Origin: Candidatus Iainarchaeum sp. | GTDB lineage: Archaea; Iainarchaeota; Iainarchaeia; Iainarchaeales; CSSED10-239 | DNA length: 32,000 nucleotides | Reading direction: 5' to 3' | Assembly: GCA_037441475.1 (NCBI GenBank) | Contig: JBBISB010000002.1 | Coordinates: forward strand, 1-32,000 | Shown: piece by piece, positions 9,302-18,576 of the stretch | Numbering within the stretch: the first letter of the stretch is position 1 | How the letters are laid out: every line of letters starts with the position of its first letter | Made by a program: the position numbers and the translations under genes | The notes under the pieces: generated by a model | What the model was told of the DNA's origin: nothing | What the model saw: only the letters and a program-made list of their open reading frames with translations | Databases searched by the model: none

Positions 9302-9940
9302 CTAAACTATATAACTAGATATAAAAAAGATTAAAAGGCTTACTGGAAGTAGAAAACTTATGTATACCCATACTTTCTTAGAGTTATCCTCAAGCTCTGA
9401 TAAATAGATAGAGGAAATTACAATATATTCTATAATATAGATGATTGAACAATAATAACTAACCATGTAAAGAGAAGAACTAGATGTTAAGCCCACAACA
9501 GAAATATCAACTATTCCAGTTAAACTTTTAACTAAAGAAATAACAATACCTAAGATACCAGGAACAATCAAACCACCTGCAAAAAGAATAGTGTACTTCT
9601 GCATTAAGAGAACAGACTTTCTTTCATCAACAAGCTCTCTTGATCTTAAAAAATCCTTAACAATATTTTTATAATCCTGAGAAGTTACTGTTCCTGTAAA
9701 AACAGAATATTCAAGCAAATCTAAAAACTTAGATAAAAGAGGAGATTGGTATTTTTCTTTTAAAACCTTAAAGACTTCTTTTGGTTTATGCCCTTTATTT
9801 ATCTTACTTAAAACCCAACTAAATTCAGTAGATATAAGCTTGTTTGAAGAGGAAGATAACTTAACTAATATAACCTTTAAGTCATTTGATCTTGAAAGCC
9901 CAGAGACCCTTAAAATCTCATCTACCAAAGCATCCTCCAT
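9302..9940 (-). CDS. Type II secretion system F-like (T2SF/TadC-type) membrane protein, locus A
   Basis: 212 aa; helical cytoplasmic domain followed by TM helices; co-oriented downstream of another T2SF-like ORF and an ATPase. Confidence 0.7.
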   Translation of the reverse strand: MEDALVDEILRVSGLSRSNDLKVILVKLSSSSNKLISTEFSWVLSKINKGHKPKEVFKVLKEKYQSPLLSKFLDLLEYSVFTGTVTSQDYKNIVKDFLRSRELVDERKSVLLMQKYTILFAGGLIVPGILGIVISLVKSLTGIVDISVVGLTSSSSLYMVSYYCSIIYIIEYIVISSIYLSELEDNSKKVWVYISFLLPVSLLIFFISSYIV

Positions 9941-10016
9941 TTTTTTCTTTTAAGAGAGAAAAAATATTCTGCAAATAAAAAATCTTTAAATCTTTCAATC
10001 ATATTTTATATCACAT

Positions 10017-10661
10017 TCAAGGAAGATTTGCCTTCATGGTTAAAAAAATAAACATATCAATTATTGGAAATAAAATAACAATTATAAAAATTACTGTTAA
10101 GGGAGAAAAAGAAATTTCAAGAAAATTACTACTAACTAAAAGAAACATTAAAAAAAGGGCAGGAACAATTGCAGAGACAACAATGTATATTAAGGATAAT
10201 AAGCTTAACTTTGTTGAATAATTTTTAATTTGATAATTGTGCTTTTCAATAATGCTTGAAGAAAGTTTTCTTAATGCCTCTGCTTTGTTTGAAGAACCAG
10301 TTGAAAGAATATCCTCTATCTGATAGAATACTCTTTTTAAATCATTATTTTCAATACCAACAGTTATAAGTGATTCTGACAAAGAGTAACCTAAATCGTT
10401 TACCTTGTGCATAACTTGTTTTATCTTCTTACCTAAAAGAGAGGAATCTACTCTGTTTTCCAAGGCTATTTTTAAGGAGATATTTTTATCTAGGTCATTT
10501 GCAAGATTGTTAAGAAAGAAAGGAATCTCTTTGTTTATTTGTCGATTGTAATTTTGGGTTTTTATTTTGTAAAGAAAGAAGATTATAAAAACCATTATAA
10601 AAATATTTATTAAATAAAAGTAAGAGAGAGAAGTAACTACTGCATCAATTAAAAAAAACAA
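10017..10661 (-). CDS. Type II secretion system F-like (T2SF) membrane protein, locus A
   Basis: 214 aa; EIPFFLNNLANDLDKNISLKIALENRVDSS...GYSLSESLITVG...LRKLSSSIIEKHNYQIKNYSTKLSLLSLIYIVVSAIVPALF, typical archaeal T2SF pattern. Confidence 0.8.
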   Translation of the reverse strand: MFFLIDAVVTSLSYFYLINIFIMVFIIFFLYKIKTQNYNRQINKEIPFFLNNLANDLDKNISLKIALENRVDSSLLGKKIKQVMHKVNDLGYSLSESLITVGIENNDLKRVFYQIEDILSTGSSNKAEALRKLSSSIIEKHNYQIKNYSTKLSLLSLIYIVVSAIVPALFLMFLLVSSNFLEISFSPLTVIFIIVILFPIIDMFIFLTMKANLP

Positions 10662-10832
10662 AATAACAGAGCATAAATAAACAATTAAGAATAGAAATAA
10701 ATATTTTCTTGTGAAAATATTATTCTTTAAAAAAACATTCCTTCCATAAACTTTCTTATCACTTTTTTTTTATTAATTTCCTTTAAATATTTAAAAAAAA
10801 ATAATTTTTAAAAAAGAAAATCTTTAAAAAAA

Positions 10833-12589
10833 CTACTTACCCTCTCTTAAAAGATTATCAATAACCTTCTCTTGCCTTAAATAAAGATTTTTTAAATCAC
10901 TTTTATTTCTAAAATCAAAAGCCATCTTAAACTTTTCAAATATCTTTACAGAATCATTTACCTTAACTAACTTTTTCTTAGAAATATCATACTCAAATAA
11001 TTTATTTAATACAATTTTATAACCATCAAAAATAACTTCACAAATCTCAGTAATGTTTCTAAGATCAATTGTTTTTCCTTTAGAATATTTATTATACCTT
11101 CTTTGAATAATGATAAGATCAATTGCACCTAAGTCAGTTTCTAAAACCCCATATGACTTAAACCTTAACAAAGCCTCATTTGCTGTCTAAGAATGGAAAG
11201 TTGTATAAGTTCCTTTAGCCTGTCCACATAACATAGACTCAATTAAGTACTTAGATTCCTCTCTTGTCCTAACCTCTCCAATAACAGCCCTATCAGGCCT
11301 CATTCTTAGGGTATTAATAACAAGATTTTCTAAGGTTATTCCAAGATCTTGATTAACTAAAGTAAAAACCTTATGCTTGTAAGGAATATTAATCTCTCTT
11401 ACCTCCTCAACAACTACAATCCTTTCATCCAAGGGAACAAAGGAGATTAAAGTATTAAGAGTAGTTGTTTTACCAGAACCAGTATTTCCAGCAACAATAA
11501 TGTTTGAGTCTGTTAAGAAGCAAAGGCTTAAAAAAACTAAAGCCTCTTTTGTAATTGTCTTAAAATTAATTAAATCTTTTATGGTAAATGGCTTTTCTGA
11601 AAATTTTCTAATAGTTAAAGAAGCTGTTTCTGTTACTGGGCTTATTATAGCATTCATTCTTGAGTTGTCTTTAAGGTAGGTATCAAGGATAGGATTTTTA
11701 AGAGTGATATATTTATTAGAATGCCAAGAGAGCTTATTTATTAAATCTCTAATAATTAAAGAAGAAGTGTATAAAAGATTTGTTTCAAGCCAACCATAAT
11801 ACCTGTGATAAACATACAGTGGTTTATTTTCAGAAAGAATAACAATCTCCTCAAGGTTATAGTCCTCTAAAATATCTGTAAGTGGACCATAGTGATAGAG
11901 ATTTTTAAAAGAGATATCTAAAATGTAATTGAATTGATCCTCCTCAAGTTCAATGTTATTAATATAACAATAATCAATTAATTCTTTTTCAATATCCTCT
12001 TTAATCTGTAGTTCAGAAAGTTTACCTACATCTTCAACTTTATTTTTATATGAATCTAAAATAAAGTTAATAACCTCTATTTCCTGTAAAGCTAGGTCTT
12101 GATGAAAAACAATGTATTTTTTTTATTTTCCTTTGTTTCAATTATTTTAGGAGTTATTTCTCTTAAAAGATTCTCTTTAAAGTCTAAAACCCTATACCAA
12201 AGATACCTGTTTAAAATAATGTTTTTATCCTCTTCTAAAACATCATCAACAATTTCCAGTAAATCTTTATTATTCTTATAACAGAACATTGAAAATGAAG
12301 AAGAGGAACATAGATTAAATTTATAGGCCTTACCTTTCCTTAAAAGAATAGCACTATTAGGGCAGGCCTTTAAACAATCCCCACACCCATTACATTTACT
12401 TTGATCAATTGAAACAACGCCTTCAGACACATAAAAAATAGCATTCTGTTTACAAGAAGTTATACAAGGAGCATCTTTACAGTTGGTGCAGTTGAATACA
12501 CAAGAAGAGTCTTTCTTTGAAAAACTGTAAGGACAATTTAGGAAAACATCTGTATCTTTGGTAAAATCTTTTTTCTTTTTAAGATACAT
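10833..12589 (-). CDS. Archaeal secretion/pilus ATPase (CpaF/GspE/VirB11-like) with an N-terminal 2x[4Fe-4S] ferredoxin-like region; needs a -1 shift at the T8 run 12117-12124 and readthrough of TAG 11187-11189
   Basis: Ferredoxin: CTNCKDAPCITSCKQNA...CNGCGDCLKACPNSAI. ATPase: IIVAGNTGSGKTTTLNTLISFVP, IVVVEEVREINIP, RMRPDRAVIGEVR, TTFHS-[TAG]-TANEALLRF. The frame between about 12116 and 11657 is open and reads VFHQDLALQEIEVINFILDSYKNK...YHRYYGWLETNLLYTSSLIIRDLINKLSWHSNKYITLKNPILDTYLKDNSRMNAIISP. Confidence 0.75.
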
Positions 12590-12686
12590 TTATAAATAAT
12601 ATTAAAGAAGGAAAAGATTAATAAATAGATAAGAAAACCTTGATTTTTAAAAAGATATTTATATCTATCTATCTTAAAATAATAGT

Positions 12687-13607
12687 ATGGAAGAAGAATA
12701 TATGATAATTTCTACAAATAAAGAAAAAGCTCAAGCAACCTCTATTGCAAACAAGCTTAACATAACCATTGGGGATATAGATATTAAACAAGTTCAAGGT
12801 TCAGAAACAAGCATTGATGTTAAAAGCTATGTTAACTATAAGAAGGTTTTTTTACTTTACAATATATCTCAACCAATAAATGAATCAATTATGCAACTTC
12901 TATTTATTTCAGATGCTATTAAAAAAGAGGGTGCTGAAAAAATATATTTAATAACCACTTATCTTCCTTACACTAAGATTAAATATAGAACAGAGTATAA
13001 GCTTAATTTTAGTTTATTTTCAAGACTTCTTGAAGAGACAAATATTGATAAAATATTTACTTTTGGTCTTTACTCACCTAAAATAAGTTTTTATCTTAAG
13101 ATTCCTCTCTATAACGTACCTTTAACAAATATCTTCTCAAAGGTGATAGAGGAAAACTTCCACAGTAATAAGAACTTAATAGTTACAACCATTGACTATG
13201 AACTACAGGAAAGTTCAAAAGATATAGCAAAGGTAATTAAGGCAGAAACTATATTTCCTGCAAAAGACACCACTAATAACAAAGTATCCTTTAACATAAA
13301 TGTCTCGGTTAATGGAAAAGATGTCTTAATAATCTCAGACTCAATATTCACAGGAGAAAATATCATTGAATACTCAAACTACCTTACTTTTAAGGGAGCT
13401 AAGAATATATATGTTATAGCAACACACGGTATCTTAGATAAAAAGGCAGTTCCTTTAATAGAAAAGTCTGTTATAAAGCAGATATTTGTAATATCCCATA
13501 ACCATCAAAAATCAGAAAAAATTAAGATTGTTTCAACAACTAAGATAGTAGAAGAGATTATTAAAAGGACTATTGAAAAGAAAAACCTTAAAAATGTATT
13601 AAAATGA
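12687..13607 (+). CDS. Divergent phosphoribosylpyrophosphate synthetase-like protein, possibly catalytically inactive
   Basis: Fold-level resemblance: INESIMQLLFISDAIKKEGAEKIYLITTYLPYTK, FSLFSRLLEETNIDKIFTFGLY, VNGKDVLIISDSIFTGENI, GAKNIYVIATHGILDKKAVPLI. Confidence 0.65.
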   Translation: MEEEYMIISTNKEKAQATSIANKLNITIGDIDIKQVQGSETSIDVKSYVNYKKVFLLYNISQPINESIMQLLFISDAIKKEGAEKIYLITTYLPYTKIKYRTEYKLNFSLFSRLLEETNIDKIFTFGLYSPKISFYLKIPLYNVPLTNIFSKVIEENFHSNKNLIVTTIDYELQESSKDIAKVIKAETIFPAKDTTNNKVSFNINVSVNGKDVLIISDSIFTGENIIEYSNYLTFKGAKNIYVIATHGILDKKAVPLIEKSVIKQIFVISHNHQKSEKIKIVSTTKIVEEIIKRTIEKKNLKNVLK

Positions 13608-13677
13608 TTTAAATATCTTTCTATACTATATATATAATATACTGATATTTGTATATGAATAAAGGTTGTGATTGAAG

Positions 13678-14154
13678 ATGATTAAAAGTGGCATGAAAGA
13701 CGAAAAAGAAAAAAACGACAATTATTTGACTATTATCCTTGATGATGGTGATGAAGTTGTTGCATGTATTGAAAATGCGTTTAAAGAAAATAATATTAAG
13801 AAAGCAATACTTATTTCTGCTGATGGAAAATTAAGAGATGCAAGAATGGCTGTTTCAAGAGCAGGAAACTTAAGACAAAGAGTATATGCTGAACCTTTAA
13901 AGATTAAACAAGTATCTGGTGAGTTTAATAAACTAAATGAAGATTATTTTGGAGATGTTAATATTTCACTTGAAAAAGACCCTATTCATATTGTTAGTGG
14001 TGCTTTACTTAGAGGAATTGCTGATGGAGAAGTTACAATAAGATTTAAGATAATTAAAGATATTGGCTACCAAGTAAACTCAAAAACAATGATGAAAGAA
14101 AAAATTATACACGAAACTGTTAAAAAAGAACCAAAGCCTATGATAATAGCTTAA
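13678..14154 (+). CDS. PPC/DUF296-like domain protein
   Basis: About 158 aa; DGDEVVACIENAFKENNIKKAILISADGKLRDARMAVS...DPIHIVSGALLRGIADGEVTIRFKII. ATG at 13678 preferred over the TTG at 13672. Confidence 0.55.
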   Translation: MIKSGMKDEKEKNDNYLTIILDDGDEVVACIENAFKENNIKKAILISADGKLRDARMAVSRAGNLRQRVYAEPLKIKQVSGEFNKLNEDYFGDVNISLEKDPIHIVSGALLRGIADGEVTIRFKIIKDIGYQVNSKTMMKEKIIHETVKKEPKPMIIA

Positions 14155-14183
14155 AGGTTCTCTTAACCTTAAAAAGAAATAAG

Positions 14184-14219
14184 TTTTTTTTAAAAGGATA
14201 TTTTTTCCTTTTTAAAAAT
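14184..14219 (+). terminator. Candidate hairpin/T-rich transcription terminator
   Basis: ttttttttaaaaggatattttttcctttttaaaaa: TTTAAAAGGA pairs with TCCTTTTTAAA, 30 nt after a stop codon. Confidence 0.4.
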
Positions 14220-14268
14220 ATTTTTTTAGGTAAAAATAAATGTCTAACAAAAAAAGTGTGTTTAAAAT

Positions 14269-14922
14269 ATGTTAAAAGCAGTTATTTTTGATTTTGATGG
14301 AGTTTTATTTAACTCTGCTAGATATCATCTTAAGACAAGAGATATTTATTTTAAAAGACATGGCATTAGGTTTACAAAGAAAGAACATAAAGAAAATTTA
14401 GCAACAACCACTAAAAACTTCTTAAAGTATGTAAACAATAAATACTCTATTTCTATTAGCTTTAAAAAATATTCAACAGCTAAAAAAGAAATCTTTTTTT
14501 CTTTTCTAAAAGAAATAAAACCAAACCCAGGAATAGTTTCTCTTTTAAAAGAACTTAAAAAAAACAAAATAAAGATTATTATTTCCTCTTCAAATGAAAG
14601 AGAAAACATTCTTTTTTTCTTAGAAAGGTTTGATATGAAAAAATACTTTGATTTAATCTTAACCTCTGAAGATATTAAAAAACATAAGCCTGATAAAGAA
14701 GCTTTCTTTAAACCTTTAAAAATACTTAATCTATCTTCAAAAGAAGTAGTTGGTATTGAAGATGCTCTTCAAGGAGTTATCTCCATTCAATCAGCAGGTC
14801 TAAAGTCAATTGCAGTTCTTTCTGAGTTTACAACTGAAAAAGACTTTTCTTCTCTTAAAGCCTCTTTAATAGTAAAAAACACAAAAGAGATAACTTTTAA
14901 AAAAATTAAACAACTTATCTAA
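14269..14922 (+). CDS. HAD-superfamily hydrolase (beta-phosphoglucomutase-like)
   Basis: AVIFDFDGVLFNSARYH, IIISSSNERENI, KHKPDKEAFF, VVGIEDALQGVISIQSAGLKSIAV. Confidence 0.92.
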   Translation: MLKAVIFDFDGVLFNSARYHLKTRDIYFKRHGIRFTKKEHKENLATTTKNFLKYVNNKYSISISFKKYSTAKKEIFFSFLKEIKPNPGIVSLLKELKKNKIKIIISSSNERENILFFLERFDMKKYFDLILTSEDIKKHKPDKEAFFKPLKILNLSSKEVVGIEDALQGVISIQSAGLKSIAVLSEFTTEKDFSSLKASLIVKNTKEITFKKIKQLI

Positions 14923-14935
14923 AAATTGAAAATAT

Positions 14936-15700
14936 ATGAAGGAAGTTAAAGAGTACTATGACACCTACAACTATCCCTTAGTTACTCTTTACACTCATAG
15001 GCAAGAGAAAAAACATAATAAACTAATTCTAAATATTCTTTCTTATGCTTTTCTAGAGGCTAAGGACTTAAAAGATAAAAGAATACTTGATGCTGGTTGT
15101 GGAACTGGAGAAAAATCCATCTTTTTTGCAAAGAATGAAGCAAAGGTAACCTCCATTGATCTTTCTTCTGGTCAACTTTTAAAAGCAAAAGAGAGTGCTT
15201 TAAAAAATAACTTAAAAATAGACTTTCAAGAAAAAGATATTGTTAATGATAATCTTTCTTCTTTAGGTAAGTTTGATATAATAATATCTACTGGTGTCTT
15301 ACATCATACAGAGGATGCTTATAAAGGATTTTTACAGCTTTCCTCTCTTTTAAAGAAAGATGGAATCATAATTATTGCTCTTTATCATAAATTTTCAAGA
15401 GTAAGGTATAGGTTAATAAGGTTTTTTCTGCACACCTTCTTTTCCAATGATCCAAAAAGATTAGATAAACACTTTAAAGATTCCTTTCTCTTAAGACCTT
15501 TAAAAAAAGCACCTAAAAACTCTATCTATGATAGATATTTAGTGCCCTTTGAATCATACCATACAGTAAAAGAAGTTAAAAAATGGTTTTTAGAAGAAAA
15601 AATAGAAGTTCTCTCTTTTTCAAAAGAGTTTAAGGGTATTGAAGCTTTTAAAGTTTTTGAAAAGAAAACATTGTTCTTTATAGCTGGTATTAAAAAATAA
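14936..15700 (+). CDS. Class I SAM-dependent methyltransferase
   Basis: DKRILDAGCGTGEKSIFFAKNEAKVTSIDLSSGQL...FDIIISTGVLHHTEDAYKGFLQLSSLLKKDGIIIIALY. Confidence 0.92.
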   Translation: MKEVKEYYDTYNYPLVTLYTHRQEKKHNKLILNILSYAFLEAKDLKDKRILDAGCGTGEKSIFFAKNEAKVTSIDLSSGQLLKAKESALKNNLKIDFQEKDIVNDNLSSLGKFDIIISTGVLHHTEDAYKGFLQLSSLLKKDGIIIIALYHKFSRVRYRLIRFFLHTFFSNDPKRLDKHFKDSFLLRPLKKAPKNSIYDRYLVPFESYHTVKEVKKWFLEEKIEVLSFSKEFKGIEAFKVFEKKTLFFIAGIKK

Positions 15701-15712
15701 AAAAAAATATCC

Positions 15713-16153
15713 TTAAACGTCCTTAAACGCAACTAAACCAATGATGACAAGGTATGCAATAGTTGCAAGAATATCTATAAAAGGAATTATTAAAAGAACA
15801 TAAACTAAGCTTAAATAACCAGCATAATTTCTTCTTTCAAAGATAATCCATGCCCACCAAACAGTAAAGAATATGTTAATTATCCCAAGAACAAAAAATA
15901 ACCATGCATAATTATTGAAACTAAGTAAAAGTAAGAAGATTAAAGGTATAACCAAGATAAAACCTAAGTACCATTTTTTCTTAGCTAAGATAGGTAATAA
16001 AAATAATTGAGCTATTGGAATCCATGCAATCCAGTGTTTTTTATACTTAAGTTTTCTTGCAATTAAGCTCCATGTGTATGCATAATAAACATATGCAAAG
16101 ATTAAAAGAATGCTTGCAAATATAAAGAATCCAGTAGTTTCATAAAAAGACAT
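15713..16153 (-). CDS. DUF5684-like integral membrane protein, copy 1
   Basis: 146 aa; ARKLKYKKHWIAWIPIAQLFLLPILAKKKWYLGFILVIPL; same layout as 16277..16738. Confidence 0.7.
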   Translation of the reverse strand: MSFYETTGFFIFASILLIFAYVYYAYTWSLIARKLKYKKHWIAWIPIAQLFLLPILAKKKWYLGFILVIPLIFLLLLSFNNYAWLFFVLGIINIFFTVWWAWIIFERRNYAGYLSLVYVLLIIPFIDILATIAYLVIIGLVAFKDV

Positions 16154-16276
16154 ATAATTTCACCTTGTTTATATAATAAGTATAGAGCAAAAAATATATA
16201 AAGAAATTTATTTTTTAGTTTTTAAAAAGAATATTTGTTTAAAGAAATTATTTAAAAAAATAAAAGAAAGATATTT

Positions 16277-16738
16277 CTATCTATCTTTCCATGCAACCAT
16301 ACCAAAGACAACAAGGTATGCAAGAGCAGCAAGCCATCCTAAAACAGGTATAACTCCTAAAACAGGTAATAAAGCAAGCCATCCTGGATACTTTCTTTTT
16401 TCAAAGATTCTCCATAATGATATTATTACTAAAACAGCAATTGCAAGCCATCCTGCAAATGGGATTAAAATTAAAAAGATTAATGCCCAATGGAATTTAC
16501 CAAGTTCTAATATCATTGCATAGTTTGCTATTGGTATCCATGCAAGCCATGAGTTTTTGTATTTTAATTTCTTACCAATAGTTTGTAAAGCAAGTGCCAT
16601 GTAAATGTATAATGCTATAACAACAATAATTGCTATAACTAACATACCAGCAAATAAGGCTGCCATACCAGCTAATGCTTCTGGACTGTTAAAAAGACTA
16701 GTTAAGTCAGTTGCAGCAAACAACATATTTGAAAACAT
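16277..16738 (-). CDS. DUF5684-like integral membrane protein, copy 2
   Basis: 153 aa; GKKLKYKNSWLAWIPIANYAMILELGKFHWALIFLILIPFAGWLAIAV...WRIFEKRKYPGWLALLPVLGVIPVLGWLAALAYLVVFGMVAWKDR. Confidence 0.75.
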   Translation of the reverse strand: MFSNMLFAATDLTSLFNSPEALAGMAALFAGMLVIAIIVVIALYIYMALALQTIGKKLKYKNSWLAWIPIANYAMILELGKFHWALIFLILIPFAGWLAIAVLVIISLWRIFEKRKYPGWLALLPVLGVIPVLGWLAALAYLVVFGMVAWKDR

Positions 16739-16869
16739 ATTGTATTTCCCCCTTTTTTTTATATAAATTTTAAATTAATTTTAAATAATTAAATATAATA
16801 GAAATAAAAGGTTTTTAAAGAAGTAAGTATTTACTTTATCTCTTAAAAAAACCTTTACAAGAAAGAACC

Positions 16870-17331
16870 TTACATTTCATCTACAGAATAAAGGAAATCA
16901 AGATCAATCTTTTCATATGAAAATAACTCTTCATCTCTGAAAAATCTTGCAATCTCAATATCTGATGAAACTTGTGAGTCTGAAGCATGTACAACATTAC
17001 ATTGCCCACTTAAAGAGTAATCTCCTCTTATAGTGCCTGCTGAAGCTTCATAACCTTTTGTAACACCAACAAGGTTTCTTACAACATTTATAGCATTAAC
17101 ACCCTCAATAACAACTAAGATAGAAGGAGCACTTTGCATAAATCTCTTTAAATGCTGAAAAAAAGGCTTATCCTTTAAATGAAAGTAATGCTCTCCAATC
17201 AAGTCATCGTTTAAGTGTACCATTTTCATGCCTACAAGCTTAAGTCCCTTTCTCTCAAATCTATGTAGGATTTCTCCTACAAGACCTCTGTTTAATGAAT
17301 CTGGTTTAAAAATTACTAATGTTCTTTCCAT
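16870..17331 (-). CDS. ndk: Nucleoside diphosphate kinase
   Basis: MERTLVIFKPDSLNRGLVGEILHRFERKGLKLVGMKM...VVRNLVGVTKGYEASAGTIRGDYSLSGQCNVVHASDS with catalytic His. Confidence 0.96.
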   Translation of the reverse strand: MERTLVIFKPDSLNRGLVGEILHRFERKGLKLVGMKMVHLNDDLIGEHYFHLKDKPFFQHLKRFMQSAPSILVVIEGVNAINVVRNLVGVTKGYEASAGTIRGDYSLSGQCNVVHASDSQVSSDIEIARFFRDEELFSYEKIDLDFLYSVDEM

Positions 17332-17349
17332 GTTTATAACACCTCTTTG

Positions 17350-18525
17350 TTATCTTCGTTCTAAAACGTACACATACCTGTTGATTTTTGAATCGTTTGC
17401 AGCTGTGTAGTAAATAGGGTTTTCAATAGAAATCCCTGGATTGATCTTTTTAAGATCATAAAAATCAAAACCGTTTTTTAAGAAAACATCTTGAGAAACT
17501 CCAACTATCTGTTCATCATATGTTCTTAGTTCAGGGAGTATACATACAACCCTTGTCTTTGGTTTAAGATTATTATAAAGATTTTTGAATAAATCATAAT
17601 AAAGCTTGTTTAAAGAATCAACAATGCTTCTTGCTCTTACATAGTTTGGAAGTTTACTTATAAAAGGTCCCATGTATGGTTCAAAAACAACACCATCTGC
17701 TGAGAAATTAAGTTTTGAAGAGTCTCCATTTAGAACAGTGAAGTCATTTTTATATTTAAAATAATTAACAGCCCATGCAAGGTTTTTCTTTGACTTTAAA
17801 ACCATTTCTCTATCCTTATCAATACCTAAAACATTATACCCTTTTGATAAACCCTCTATTAAGAAGTTTCCAAAACCAGAGAAAGGATCTAAGATTCTTT
17901 TATCTTTTTTTAAACCTAGAATATTTACCATTATTTTTGTAAGCCTAAAGGAAGTGGAATAAAGTTTTTCTTGTTCTGGTCTTAAGGTATCTTTTATGAT
18001 TAAGTCTTTTGGGTTATAGCAAGCCACAGCATACCCCAAATAATATTTATTATCTTCCTTTGTTGCAAAAATTTCAAAACCTTTGTCAAGGGCATATGAA
18101 AAATAGTTATTAGGGTTAATAATTGTGTTTTCTTTTTTATCTTTAAACTTTTTTGGTTTTTTATAAACAGCTTTTATTTTTTCAATCTTAAATTGTTGTT
18201 TAAAAATCTCTTTTAAAAGATCTAAATCATCATCAGAGAAATTAACAGATGAAACTGCATAGTTAAATTTTTTAGGGTAATTTACATCAAACTTGTTTAA
18301 AAGTTCAGAAGTTATTTTTGGGGATGTAAAAAATATTTTATAGATTCTTGTAGTGCCACCTAAATCACTGATAATCTTATTAAGGTTAACTTGAGATTTA
18401 AAATCAAAAATAGCATAATGAGAGGTTGAAGAAACTAAAGAAAAGGGAATACCATTTAATTTGAAATAAGAAAAAACCTCTAAAGTAGATAGTTTATAGT
18501 CCCTTCCAAATAAAAATAAGTACAT
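17350..18525 (-). CDS. TRM11/TrmG10-like tRNA methyltransferase (THUMP-like N-terminus plus Rossmann methyltransferase)
   Basis: LRPEQEKLYSTSFRLTKIMVNILGLKKDKRILDPFSGFGNFLIEGLSKGYNVLGIDKDREMVLKSKKNL...ADGVVFEPYMGPFI. Confidence 0.82.
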   Translation of the reverse strand: MYLFLFGRDYKLSTLEVFSYFKLNGIPFSLVSSTSHYAIFDFKSQVNLNKIISDLGGTTRIYKIFFTSPKITSELLNKFDVNYPKKFNYAVSSVNFSDDDLDLLKEIFKQQFKIEKIKAVYKKPKKFKDKKENTIINPNNYFSYALDKGFEIFATKEDNKYYLGYAVACYNPKDLIIKDTLRPEQEKLYSTSFRLTKIMVNILGLKKDKRILDPFSGFGNFLIEGLSKGYNVLGIDKDREMVLKSKKNLAWAVNYFKYKNDFTVLNGDSSKLNFSADGVVFEPYMGPFISKLPNYVRARSIVDSLNKLYYDLFKNLYNNLKPKTRVVCILPELRTYDEQIVGVSQDVFLKNGFDFYDLKKINPGISIENPIYYTAANDSKINRYVYVLERR

Positions 18526-18576
18526 AGTTTTTCAAATAATATTCCTTTATAAAATAAATTAAAAAGAAGAAGAAAA

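Noticed and set aside
9302-16279. Genome-wide TAG sense reassignment
   Set aside because: TAG terminates 9302..9940 and 16277..16738 at positions that fit normal protein ends, and TAG is otherwise absent from inside conserved ORFs except 11187. A local event or pyrrolysine-like use cannot be excluded.
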